64,000 nucleotides of DNA from Candidatus Firestoneibacteriota bacterium (GCA_903928075.1 CAIYPD010000096.1:71609-135608); one strand, 5' to 3'; counted from the first letter of the stretch, positions 52,183-62,044 are shown. A program made the numbers and translations. Notes: generated by a model from the letters alone, not told the origin.

Positions 52183-53061
52183 CTAAATTCCTATTTTTAT
52201 GGAAAACCTGTGGTTATTGCCCAGATCTCCGAACATTAAAAAGGCGTAGTCCAGATTAAGAGCGCCTATTGCAAAGCCGGCCCCGGCCGAGAGACCGCCG
52301 GTTGAAACTCTGCTTTCATAGCCGGCCCTCGCCGCAACCAACGAATTACTGCTTAACGAAAATACATATTCCGCGCCGGTGGAAAAACCGGCATTACCCG
52401 CCGAAGGCAATATCGCATCAGCCGAAAGCGAGGCACCCAGGAGTTTAAGCAAAACACCCCCTCGAATACTCAGGGGAAGATCTTCCTCTACTACGGAGTG
52501 TTTAAGTTTTGTTCCGAGATTATATATCCCCGCACCTAAGGTAAAGTCATTGCTTAGAACATATTTGAGCCCGAAGTCTGCCGCAAAAGCGATGCCGCTC
52601 ACCTCTTCAATAGTGCTTGAGATAAATTTTAAACTGATACCTATCGGAAGTTTGTCTGTCAGCTTCGCCGAAAGACAAACTGCCGCAGAAAGGTCGCTTG
52701 CAGAAAAGGTCCCGGCGGTCAAAGCCGTATTATCCACCTTATCCATAGTCCCGGCCGAGAAATAATTAACCAGTACCCCCAGAGCCGTTCTTTCTCCTAA
52801 AGGCAGCGCAAATCCGGCGCTCGTATGTGAAGTTTCAAAGATCCAGAGGGTATGAGAAAAAACCGCTTCCGCGCTCTTTAATCCCGCCAACCCTGCGGGG
52901 TTCCAGTATATAGCCTCGGCCCCTTCAGCTCTTGCAGTCATAGCGCCGCCCAGCGCCGCCGCTTTTGCGCCGACTCCGATATTCAGGAATTCTCCGGTTG
53001 CACTGCCCGCGCCGGCTGCATTCGCATTCACAAAAGAACAGAAGAGCAGGCCTGCTAGCAA
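52183..53061 (-). CDS. PorV/PorQ-family outer-membrane beta-barrel protein (T9SS-associated). The true start is probably the ATG at 53083, requiring a +1 correction in a T5 run at 53060-53064.
   Basis: GEFLNIGVGAKAAALGGAMTARAEGAEAIYWNPAGLA is the PorV/PorQ N-terminal signature. The beta-barrel ends in a C-terminal aromatic residue. See the frameshift finding. Confidence 0.55.
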   Translation of the reverse strand: MLAGLLFCSFVNANAAGAGSATGEFLNIGVGAKAAALGGAMTARAEGAEAIYWNPAGLAGLKSAEAVFSHTLWIFETSHTSAGFALPLGERTALGVLVNYFSAGTMDKVDNTALTAGTFSASDLSAAVCLSAKLTDKLPIGISLKFISSTIEEVSGIAFAADFGLKYVLSNDFTLGAGIYNLGTKLKHSVVEEDLPLSIRGGVLLKLLGASLSADAILPSAGNAGFSTGAEYVFSLSSNSLVAARAGYESRVSTGGLSAGAGFAIGALNLDYAFLMFGDLGNNHRFSIKIGI

Positions 53062-53079
53062 AAATAAATATTTTCATTT

Positions 53080-56000
53080 TCATCTCACCACCGCAAATTT
53101 TCCGGTCTTTTTATTCCCGGCCGGATCGGTTATAAGGTAAAAATAAACTCCGCTCGCGGCATTTTCGCCGGAATTATTCTTTGCATCCCAGAGGAAGATT
53201 CCGTCATTGTCTGTTTCTTCCAGCTCCCTTACCGGCTGGCCGGAGATAGTAAATATTTTTATTTTAGCCCCGGCGGTAAGCCCGCCAAAGGTTACGCCGG
53301 AAGCATCAAAACTCCCGCCACTGCCGGGTTTGTAAGGATTTGGGAAGACCACGACATTATCCAGGTTAGCGGCCGAGACCAGCTGAAGTATCGCATACTT
53401 TGAGAAGTGCAAAGTAACCGCAATTAAAATGTTTCCGATTGTATCTCTTGTGGTTTTCAAGACAACCCACCTTCCCAGTATATCGTCATAGTAACCTATG
53501 GCCAGTTTATTTTCATCAAAGCCCGCCATATCAGTGTCATTATATTGAAAGCTCAGGGTTATACTTTTGGTTGCTGTCTTAGACGGATTTGAGAGGGTGA
53601 TTTCCACGCCTACCCGGGTTTCCAGAAGATTTTTCTGGCCGGAATCAGGTACCAGGGTCAGCGTAGTCGCAGAAACCGTAAGATTCTCGCCAAAGGCGCC
53701 GGCCGGTATAGTAAGATTTAAATTCAAATTAGATAGCGTGAAGGTCAGCGTATTCTCTATCGTATTGTCTATTATCTGCGCGCGCGTTTCCGTAAAATTA
53801 CTGTTAGCGGCATTTGCTGCAAGCGCGGTGTGCGTCCGGACTTCCGGGACAAAGACGGTACCTTCCTTTACGGGCTTTATTGTGTAGTCTGTCATAGAAG
53901 GCAAGGTTGCTTCATAATACCCCTCTTCATTAGTCGGAATAGTCAAAGTAGCGCCCCCGCTTACAACCATATAAGTTCCCGTAACCGGGTTACCGGCAGA
54001 AGTCTTGACATTGCCGCTTATTTTATACTTAACCATATTGGCGGTAAAATCCTTCCCGTCAATATTACCGGCGGTTAAGGTTACTCCCTGGGCGGCTGTT
54101 GTAGAATAACTTGTTTTTGAGACGGCTATACTGAAGGTCCCCGGCTGAAGGATAAATACATAATGCCCGCCGGTATCGGTGGAGGCCGCAGCCGTTGTAC
54201 TCCCGGTAAGATTAACCGTCGCTCCGGAAACGGGGACCCCGAAACTGGTTCGAACAAAACCGCTCACGGCATAAACTGTGTTTGCAGTAAAATCCAGCGC
54301 GGCAATATTGGAACTTAGGGAGCTCACGGTTGCCGCGGGCGGCGTAAAAGTAAAGCCTCCCAGAACTGGTGTGATGGTATAACTCAGGCCTTCCGGCAGA
54401 TCCATGAAATTAAACCAGCCCTCCCAGGTAGAATTTGTCGTTGAGGTCGTAGTCGCCCCTGTCAGGTTTACGGTTACACCCGCAACAACATTATAACCGG
54501 GGTCTTTTATGTAGCCGTTTATCTGATAAAGAGGCAAATAGTTAAAATTTTGATTCGAGAAATCAGCAATTAAATTCGATACGGTGATTTTTGTAGGGGA
54601 GTAGGCGGATGCACCGGTCAAGGGTTCTATCAAATAATCCTGCCCCGGGGGCACGGAGGCAAAAACATAATAACCGGCCGCATCGGTGGAAACATTAACA
54701 GAGCCGGGTACGCCTTCGGTCCGTCTTTGCAGGGAAATACCGGAGACCGGGGTCGAGCCGTTTTTAACATAACCGCTGATGGTTCGAAGTGTGCTGCTCC
54801 CCGTGAAATCTTCGTTTATTTTATTGCTGCTTATGATACTGATAGTCCTGGTCGGAAAACCAAGTCCTGCTTTCCTCCATCCTATGGTGTAGGTGGTACT
54901 TCCTGTCAAACCACCAAGGGTATAGGTCCCGTCACCGGCGTTAGTCGTTCTTTCAACCCCGTTCACCCAGATTGTCGCGCCTGAAACTGGAGTAGAGGGA
55001 GATTCATAAACCGTTCCCGAAATACTGTAAACTCTGGTCGCCGAAAAATCCTGATTTGAAAGGTCGGAGCTTAAATTTGCAAAGTTCCTGATCTCCGGAA
55101 CAAAAACATAAGTCGACGGTGACGGCCCCACATCATAGGTCCCGCCTTTTGGCAGATTAAAACTATATGAACCATCCGTCAGAGTTTGCATATTCGTATT
55201 TACATCTCCTCCCACGCCGCTTCCGCCGTCTCCTCTTGCGCTAACCCATTCATTTGCAACCGGCGAGCCTCCAACCAGAATCCTGCCGCTGACCGTAAAA
55301 TATTTAAGCCCGCTGAAATCTTTACCTGATGTATTCGCATTTAAATTAGTTATAAATACTACATTTGTGGCAAAGGTATGACCGGCGGCCGTTGCGGTTA
55401 TATAGTAATTCAATTCTCCGGGAACATTAGAGAAGACATAATTACCTCCTGCATCGGTTGCGGCGGAGGAAGTTTCAAGATTAATGTTTTTTGTCAAAGT
55501 CAGCGCCGCACCCGAAATAGGTACAAAATCCTGGTCCAATACCCGGCCTGAAATATAATAGCCCGGCGCGGTGCCGAACAAATATATTTGTCCGGTATAG
55601 GTATCCGTATTGACAACTGTTGCCGGGGGGCTGAAGGTCCATCCTGTCCTCACCGGGGTTACCGTGCAATTAACACCTTTGGGAATTGAAATGGTAATAT
55701 TCGCAGTATTAGTGCTGGGCACCGAAGAGGTAAGCCCGCCGGTCACATTCAAGGTGACAAGGGAAATGGCTGTGTTTGTATCCGCCCGGTTTACAATGTA
55801 AACTGTCTCGCTGCTTAGCCTGGTCGCCGTAAAATTCCTAACAACATCATCGGCCGGCCCGACGCTTAAGCCCGTGACCGAGGTCGGAGCATATGAAAAA
55901 TTAGCGTGCAGATGCGAGGGCGTTAAATTATAATTTCCTGCGTCTATCGTGTCTATCTTGTAATATCCTGCATTATTTGTCGTAACGGAGCTGGTCATCT

Positions 56001-56472
56001 GGCCTGTAATTTGGATAGTAATATCAGGTATCCCGTTCCCGCTGCCGTCCATGACATAGCCGTTTATTCTGTTATTTATAGTCACAGCGGTAAAATTAGT
56101 GCCCGTCCGGTCTGCGGTTAAGTTGGTAAAAGTCTGAGTGCCGGTTATCCTGTAGCCAGATTTATTCGCCGAGACGGTATAATCCCCGTTTCGAGCCAGG
56201 CCCGTGAAAGCATAATTTCCGCCCCCGGCTGAGACCGTTGAAGTTATAGAGCTCCCGGTCAGATTAATAGCCGCTCCGTCCAGGGCCGGGTTTACCACAC
56301 CGCTTATGGTGTAGGTGTTCTGCGTCCCCACAAAATTAACCGTGTCATTATTTGCGGCCAGATTACTTACCGTGCTTGAAGAGGCAGTAAAAGTATAACC
56401 GCTCTTTGCCGGGGTAAAGGTGTAATCCCCCCCCCTCTTTAAGTTCTGCAAATTCATAATTCGCAAAAGCAT
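53080..56472 (-). CDS. C-terminal part of a giant surface adhesin: carboxypeptidase-regulatory-like (prealbumin-fold) repeats plus a T9SS C-terminal sorting domain. It continues the 56363..58654 ORF across a homopolymer frameshift.
   Basis: At least 10 repeats of the Y-x-ISG-x-V...G-x-x-V-x-LTG pattern. The C-terminus VVFPNPYKPG...IKIFTISGQPVRELEETDNDGIFLWDAKNNSGENAASGVYFYLITDPAGNKKTGKFAVVR matches the Por-secretion tail. Confidence 0.6.
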   Translation of the reverse strand: MLLRIMNLQNLKRGGDYTFTPAKSGYTFTASSSTVSNLAANNDTVNFVGTQNTYTISGVVNPALDGAAINLTGSSITSTVSAGGGNYAFTGLARNGDYTVSANKSGYRITGTQTFTNLTADRTGTNFTAVTINNRINGYVMDGSGNGIPDITIQITGQMTSSVTTNNAGYYKIDTIDAGNYNLTPSHLHANFSYAPTSVTGLSVGPADDVVRNFTATRLSSETVYIVNRADTNTAISLVTLNVTGGLTSSVPSTNTANITISIPKGVNCTVTPVRTGWTFSPPATVVNTDTYTGQIYLFGTAPGYYISGRVLDQDFVPISGAALTLTKNINLETSSAATDAGGNYVFSNVPGELNYYITATAAGHTFATNVVFITNLNANTSGKDFSGLKYFTVSGRILVGGSPVANEWVSARGDGGSGVGGDVNTNMQTLTDGSYSFNLPKGGTYDVGPSPSTYVFVPEIRNFANLSSDLSNQDFSATRVYSISGTVYESPSTPVSGATIWVNGVERTTNAGDGTYTLGGLTGSTTYTIGWRKAGLGFPTRTISIISSNKINEDFTGSSTLRTISGYVKNGSTPVSGISLQRRTEGVPGSVNVSTDAAGYYVFASVPPGQDYLIEPLTGASAYSPTKITVSNLIADFSNQNFNYLPLYQINGYIKDPGYNVVAGVTVNLTGATTTSTTNSTWEGWFNFMDLPEGLSYTITPVLGGFTFTPPAATVSSLSSNIAALDFTANTVYAVSGFVRTSFGVPVSGATVNLTGSTTAAASTDTGGHYVFILQPGTFSIAVSKTSYSTTAAQGVTLTAGNIDGKDFTANMVKYKISGNVKTSAGNPVTGTYMVVSGGATLTIPTNEEGYYEATLPSMTDYTIKPVKEGTVFVPEVRTHTALAANAANSNFTETRAQIIDNTIENTLTFTLSNLNLNLTIPAGAFGENLTVSATTLTLVPDSGQKNLLETRVGVEITLSNPSKTATKSITLSFQYNDTDMAGFDENKLAIGYYDDILGRWVVLKTTRDTIGNILIAVTLHFSKYAILQLVSAANLDNVVVFPNPYKPGSGGSFDASGVTFGGLTAGAKIKIFTISGQPVRELEETDNDGIFLWDAKNNSGENAASGVYFYLITDPAGNKKTGKFAVVR

Positions 56473-58654
56473 CGGTTACGGCCCCGAGAGTTGTAGCCCC
56501 GGTGCAGTTGACGGTGACGCCGGCAATCTGGGCCGAAGATCCGGTCCAAGTATGCCCGCGGACCCGCCAGGTCTTAAAGGTACCCGTGAAATTCTGATTA
56601 AACTGATTTGCGGCAAGAGCCGTTATGGTTATACCTGCGGGTGCGATGCTGTAATGCGCCGCGGAAGTTGAAAGCTGATAATTTCCCAGACCGGTCAGGT
56701 TACTAAAAGTATAAGAACCGTCTGCGCCGGTTGCCGCCGCCAGATTAGTACTTCCGGTGACACTAACGGTAGTCCCGGATAAAGGACTTAAAAGGGAATC
56801 TTTCACAAAACCGCTAATACTATAATTTAAGAGCGTCCCGGAGAAGTTCCTGGTTGTGTCCGCGCTCAATCCGGTGATTGTAGCCGCCGTCGGACTGAGA
56901 CTGTAGGCGGGCTTAAAAGTCGTAAGCGTATAATTAGTGAGACCGGTCAGGCCGGTAAATTCATAATTACCCGAGCCATTTGAAACAGCCGTCAGGATAG
57001 TCGCGCCGGTCAGATACACCGTGACACCTGAGAGATTGGTGCTGATATTTCCGCTTATCTTATAAGTTCCTAGTGCGCCGGTGAAATTAGTCGTTAAATT
57101 TGAGGTCAAATCTGCACTGGTTCCCGATACCGGAGAAAAGGTGTAGCCGGTCTTTGATGGTATAACCGTCACAGAGGAATGCTGGGGTATATTTAAAAAC
57201 TCGTAATAGCCGCCCGTGGAGGTAGTTGTAGACGAAGCAACGCCGCCCGTGAGCGAGACCGTGATTCCTGCCATCGGCACATCTCCCGCTGATTTAACAT
57301 AACCGCTTGCCTTATAGGTCTGGTAGGAACCGGAAAAACTCTGGTAGGTATAATCTTTTGCAACTCCTGCTATTGTAACCGCGGCAGGCGCAAAAGTATA
57401 GCCGGCTTTGGAAGGGGTTATAGTACAATTCGCGCCACGCGGCAGGCCGTCAAAAGAATAGGTGCCGTTTGTGCTGATGGTCAAAGAAGTGGCCACCGTT
57501 CCTGCGAGGGAAACAACAGCCCCTGAGAGATAACTTGAATAAGGATCCAGAACAAAGCCGCTTATAGAATAGACCGATTTTGCTATTTTTATTTTGTATG
57601 GCAGCGCGCCCTGGTCATAAAACGCCGTATAGGCGTTGCCGGCAGAATCAAAAGCAACTGTAATAGGCATATAGGCAGGAACCCCGGTATCTTGAGTCGT
57701 CCAGGTAGAACCGTTGTAGACAATATGATAACTAAAACATTCAATAGCCGGATAATTGGTCGTAGGATCTATGGCCATAGGACCCTCTCCGTCAACATTC
57801 GTAATTGTCCAGGAGCCGGTGTACTTCGCAACTTTGTACAGATAAGCCCCATCGGAATATGAAACATGAACAGCGTCCGGTGCCTTTGTTTTTGCCGCAA
57901 AAATTCTGCCCGGTACAATGCTTTCGATAGTTTCCGTCTGCCAGGCCGGTGAAGAATAGGAGCCCGTATTTTTTTTACATTTAAGACTCCCTGTCCCGTT
58001 TAGCCAGGACCACTCTGAATAAAAAATATTCGGCTGATCCAAAGCATCTATCACTATCGCTCTTTGCGTTCCCACTTGGTTCGTCGTTGCTGAAACAAGC
58101 TCGCTGGTATGCCAGATGCCGTCGTTGTAACCGTACTTAAGGTAATAAGTGCGAACGCCGCTAACATACTTGTTTAAATAATAGGCAATGTGGGGATTAT
58201 TGAAACGGTCAAGATCCAGGGCAATGTAGTCATTGCTGGCAGGGAGGGAGCTTGCGTCATCTACGACGCTTATAGTCCAGGAACTGCCGTTGTATTTTGC
58301 ATATTTTACTTTATTATTAGTGTAATCAAAGTAGGCGATATGAAGAGAATCGTCGGAACCTATTTTTAAAGACGCCTTTCTTCCGACATTAAAACCGCTC
58401 TCAATTGTGCTTATAGTCGTGGACCCGCCGCTTATTTTTGCATATTTAAAAGCCGATTTTCGCGGGGTATCGTTCAGACCGGTAAAATCAAAGTAAACTA
58501 TATGAATGTTTCCGGAAGCATCTACTGCTACGGCAGGATAAGCGTCATCTGAACTGGAATAAGAATTGCCTACCGCCGGGTCCACTTCAGTCACATTCCA
58601 GTAAGAAAAGACCGGAAGCACAAGCAAAGAAAGAAGAAGAAATACTCTTTTCAT
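56363..58654 (-). CDS. N-terminal part of the same giant adhesin: signal peptide, N-terminal propeller-like repeat region, then carboxypeptidase-regulatory-like repeats. The reading frame is lost at the C9 run at 56427-56435.
   Basis: Signal peptide MKRVFLLLSLLVLPVFS. Repeats (YSISGFVLD...VVSLAG, YKASGYVKS...ITVSLTG). The 3' end of the ORF reads ...NYEFAELKEGGGLHLYP, which turns into the consensus ...FAELKEGGDYTFTPAKSGYTF if one C is removed. Confidence 0.55.
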   Translation of the reverse strand: MKRVFLLLSLLVLPVFSYWNVTEVDPAVGNSYSSSDDAYPAVAVDASGNIHIVYFDFTGLNDTPRKSAFKYAKISGGSTTISTIESGFNVGRKASLKIGSDDSLHIAYFDYTNNKVKYAKYNGSSWTISVVDDASSLPASNDYIALDLDRFNNPHIAYYLNKYVSGVRTYYLKYGYNDGIWHTSELVSATTNQVGTQRAIVIDALDQPNIFYSEWSWLNGTGSLKCKKNTGSYSSPAWQTETIESIVPGRIFAAKTKAPDAVHVSYSDGAYLYKVAKYTGSWTITNVDGEGPMAIDPTTNYPAIECFSYHIVYNGSTWTTQDTGVPAYMPITVAFDSAGNAYTAFYDQGALPYKIKIAKSVYSISGFVLDPYSSYLSGAVVSLAGTVATSLTISTNGTYSFDGLPRGANCTITPSKAGYTFAPAAVTIAGVAKDYTYQSFSGSYQTYKASGYVKSAGDVPMAGITVSLTGGVASSTTTSTGGYYEFLNIPQHSSVTVIPSKTGYTFSPVSGTSADLTSNLTTNFTGALGTYKISGNISTNLSGVTVYLTGATILTAVSNGSGNYEFTGLTGLTNYTLTTFKPAYSLSPTAATITGLSADTTRNFSGTLLNYSISGFVKDSLLSPLSGTTVSVTGSTNLAAATGADGSYTFSNLTGLGNYQLSTSAAHYSIAPAGITITALAANQFNQNFTGTFKTWRVRGHTWTGSSAQIAGVTVNCTGATTLGAVTDAFANYEFAELKEGGGLHLYPGKERLYFYCLFKHGK

Positions 58655-58872
58655 TTAATATCCTTTAGAAGATTAAAGATACTATTGCATGGCGTACACT
58701 TAAGTATATAGCAGAAAAGAGGCAATAACAAGCAGACAAAATGTGAGTTAACTTACATAAAAGGGAAGCAGACAAGTTCGTATACTCCAATTATTTACAG
58801 GTTAACGAAAAATCCCGTCCGCCTTTTTAGAGACGAACGGGATTAAAAAAATAGAGCTAAAACTCAAATAAA

Positions 58873-60327
58873 TTAGGGCTTGGAATTTGGAACCCAACTT
58901 CCTTTTTTTGCACCCGCGGAAGCAACCCACATCATGTTTTTTCCTGACATCTCCTGTTCGGGCGCGCTTTTCCTGTAGGCATCCCACATAGCTTTCTCAA
59001 AAGGTTCATAAGAAGTGGTTTCGTCTTTGGGCCTGGGCCGGGCGCTCTTATAAAGATCAACAGGATTCATCCACCGGTCCATATAATCAAAAAACGCGTC
59101 ATGACCCCAGGTCTTTATGCCTTTCATATATCTTGCCGCAAAAGCCGTCCCGACCCAGCCCTTGGCGTTACAGCAGACACGGTAACCCTCGGATTTCTTG
59201 AGCCAGGTTTCCGTTATCTGTTCCGGGCGTTTATCTTCATAGGTACCAAGAGCGTGATGATGCCAGACCATCTGCCAGAGTGCGGTAGCACCGAACCAGC
59301 TTTTACCATAATAGGTTTGGGCATCTTCGTGAAAAACACAGGAGACCGGAAATTCTGAGAGTTTCGGGTCGTTCAGCATAAGAGTCGCAAATACCACCGG
59401 CCATTTGCGGCCGCTTGAATGTCCGCCGCCCCAATTCCAATTGCCTCCGTTCTTTCCGCAGCCGGAAATATCTATTCCGTACTGAATAAGACCTATTGCC
59501 AGTTTTCTTTTCCTTTCTTTCGGCACATCCAGGCAGAGGAGAACACTCGCTGTCGAGACCAGACGGGCATGTTCCCGGCCATAGTTAGGCTGGTTCTCAT
59601 TCGCATTCAAAGCCTGCTGGCCCCATTCCAATAAATTTTCTATCCAGGGCCGCTGAAAATATCTTTCATACTGTTCCCAGGAAGGTACGGAGCCCGTAGG
59701 ACTTAACTTGGGCAGAAGTTCCCATTTGACATCCTGCTCCCGGTATAATATCTTGTCTTTGCCAACATAGCAGGGACGGAATGCATCCTCCGGCGGTTCT
59801 GTAGCCAAACAGGTAAGGACCGCGGCGGTTTTTAAGGCGTAAGCGCCTCTTGCTTCCCTGTCCCACATTATCTTCTTGCAAAAATTATCCACAGGAAAAC
59901 TTGTATTGCTAATAGTAGAAATCAGCGACTGATTAACTTCAAGCGTGCAGGGAAATTTCTTGCTCAGCGCGGAGTTGTAGGTCCCGCTTCTGGAGTCATA
60001 ACCCTGGTCATACCCGCATTTGTTTGCCACCATACTGCCGTTGCGCATTTCGGTATTATCGGAGAGCGCAGCTTCACCGTAAATAGTTTTTGTTCCCCCG
60101 CTGGAAACTCCTATACCCGGCGCCGGAGTGACTTTTGTGACCGTCACCGGCCCGACGACCCACCAGTCACCCGTGATAAACTGGCCGCTTTTTACCGGCT
60201 TGTCAAAGGTCCAGGTAATTCCATACTGACTGACTTCTTTGCGTTCCTCCGCTTTCACTCCCTCCGAAAAAGAAAGACCCAGAAAACAACAAGTGCAAAC
60301 CAACGCTGAAAATATCTTTCTTTTCAT
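58873..60327 (-). CDS. Hypothetical secreted protein (484 aa) with a Gly/Trp-rich motif.
   Basis: Signal peptide MKRKIFSALVCTCCFLGLSFSEG. Motif GCGKNGGNWNWGGGHSSGRKWP. GGAGG ribosome-binding site. No family recognised. Confidence 0.35.
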   Translation of the reverse strand: MKRKIFSALVCTCCFLGLSFSEGVKAEERKEVSQYGITWTFDKPVKSGQFITGDWWVVGPVTVTKVTPAPGIGVSSGGTKTIYGEAALSDNTEMRNGSMVANKCGYDQGYDSRSGTYNSALSKKFPCTLEVNQSLISTISNTSFPVDNFCKKIMWDREARGAYALKTAAVLTCLATEPPEDAFRPCYVGKDKILYREQDVKWELLPKLSPTGSVPSWEQYERYFQRPWIENLLEWGQQALNANENQPNYGREHARLVSTASVLLCLDVPKERKRKLAIGLIQYGIDISGCGKNGGNWNWGGGHSSGRKWPVVFATLMLNDPKLSEFPVSCVFHEDAQTYYGKSWFGATALWQMVWHHHALGTYEDKRPEQITETWLKKSEGYRVCCNAKGWVGTAFAARYMKGIKTWGHDAFFDYMDRWMNPVDLYKSARPRPKDETTSYEPFEKAMWDAYRKSAPEQEMSGKNMMWVASAGAKKGSWVPNSKP

Positions 60328-60409
60328 TTCCTACCTCCGTTAAATAATTACTTCGTAACAGCAAGGTACAAGCGACAAGGAAGAACAGTCCCCGATCTTC
60401 CATACTTAT

Positions 60410-60532
60410 GCGCTTTTCCGGCTTCCGTCCTCCGGCTTCCGCCCTCGCTTTATCTTAAGAAGCCTTCCGCCCTTCTAACCCTCTCCGCCAAGTTTGCTTG
60501 GCGAGATCTCGCCGTAGGCGGACGACCCTCTA
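60410..60532. repeat. Conserved intergenic 3'-UTR element (copy B) with CGCCAAG-CAAA-CTTGGCG hairpin and GGCGAGATCTCGCC palindrome.
   Basis: Aligns to 47113..47218 with a 16-bp insertion. It ends at the TAG stop of the 60530..62044 gene. Confidence 0.55.
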
Positions 60533-62044
60533 ATCCTCCAGCTTCACCGGCCATTCTCTCGTGCTGTCTTCCATCGTAAACCTGACGCGGTAAGCGCCTT
60601 TAAAGGGCTTCCCTGCTTTGTCTTTGCCATCCCATTTCATAGAGAAAAAATCATTGGCCCTTTTTGCGTCAAGACTTCCGATTTCAAAGACAGCAGTTTT
60701 GCCGTCGGCGCTGAACAAAGCTATTTTTACAGTGCCTTTTGCCTGAACCTGACAGGCAATCTTCATCGTTTCATTCTTCCCGGTTGAAATATGCGCGGGA
60801 ATAACCACTGCCATGCTTATATCCTTGCTCGGATAGATAGGGATTTCAGGAAGTTTAACCTCTCCCGTAACATATTTTCTCTTAAAGGAAGGGGGTTCTT
60901 TACAGGTGATATTTTTAAAATATGCTTCAGCTACTTCATTATTCCCGTCTTTAAGCTGTACCGCATAGAGTTCCCTTATCTTGGGGCTAAAGTCCGCCAG
61001 CGAGGACCACAGCGTCCCGGCATCCCCCGGCCGTTCTTTTTCACTGCTTGTTTGTGTCCCATCCGAACTTGTAAAATGCATATCGGTCAGCGATTTATTC
61101 CACATCCAGAGATTCGTGTTAATTATTTTTTTCATATCCTCTTCGCTGAAAACAACACCCGTGTGGTACGCCTCGACAAAATGAGAGCATTCCGCTAACT
61201 GGTAGCCGCCTCTATTGGGATGCACCGCCACCCAGGAGGAGGGTTTTGCACCTTTAAAATCAAACGGCCCGAGCGGTTCCCAGAAGTTCCAGAAATACCG
61301 GTCCTCATCCTTATGATATCTCATAATAGCTTTGTAATGGCCGAAGATTTTTTCCGCGCGTTCCTTGAAGATGGTTTCACCCGTAATCCTGTAAAACTTC
61401 AGAAAACAGGAAGCCATTCTACCGTGTTTGTTCAGATTCTCACTGATGACTTTTCCGGGGTAGGTTTTAAGCTGTTTTGTTTTACCGTCAATGACCGTAG
61501 CCGTATTCAGGTAGGACGCGAACATACCGTCCTCATAATAACCTTTTCTTTTGTCCCACTTATCTATAAGAGTTTTCCTGGCCAGATCCATATACCCTTC
61601 GGCTTTCTTCCCGAGAGGAGAACTCTTTAAGAAAGGATCTTTCATTACCATTTCGGAAAATTCGAGCATAGGGTCAAGCAAGTTGGCATCACCTATGACA
61701 ACCGAGCCGGTCACCCCCGTTATATCCTGGCCGACATCCGGGCCCACCCACCCCATGAATCCGTCAGGCTCTTTCTCCATTTTTGAAATTAAAAAGTCGT
61801 AATATTTGCTTGCTTCTTCCAGCCAGGACTTATCCCCGCCATAAGCATGATAGCCCATAATAAAACCGTCTATTCCTCCTGCCCGGGCATGCCAGGTAAA
61901 TAATTCACCGGAGGTCCTGTTTATGTTTGGATTCGCCATCAGCCCTTTCCGGAAGTTTTCAGCCGTAATGCCGAAAACACTGCTGGAAACGCTCAGGTAT
62001 ACAAGTAAACCCAAAACCAGTGTTGCCATTTTACTATTTTTCAT
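60530..62044 (-). CDS. Secreted protein of unknown function, family G (paralog of 19737..21263). ATG at 62044.
   Basis: Signal peptide MKNSKMATLVLGLLVYLSVSSSVFG. Collinear similarity to the 508-aa ORF over the full length. Confidence 0.45.
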   Translation of the reverse strand: MKNSKMATLVLGLLVYLSVSSSVFGITAENFRKGLMANPNINRTSGELFTWHARAGGIDGFIMGYHAYGGDKSWLEEASKYYDFLISKMEKEPDGFMGWVGPDVGQDITGVTGSVVIGDANLLDPMLEFSEMVMKDPFLKSSPLGKKAEGYMDLARKTLIDKWDKRKGYYEDGMFASYLNTATVIDGKTKQLKTYPGKVISENLNKHGRMASCFLKFYRITGETIFKERAEKIFGHYKAIMRYHKDEDRYFWNFWEPLGPFDFKGAKPSSWVAVHPNRGGYQLAECSHFVEAYHTGVVFSEEDMKKIINTNLWMWNKSLTDMHFTSSDGTQTSSEKERPGDAGTLWSSLADFSPKIRELYAVQLKDGNNEVAEAYFKNITCKEPPSFKRKYVTGEVKLPEIPIYPSKDISMAVVIPAHISTGKNETMKIACQVQAKGTVKIALFSADGKTAVFEIGSLDAKRANDFFSMKWDGKDKAGKPFKGAYRVRFTMEDSTREWPVKLED

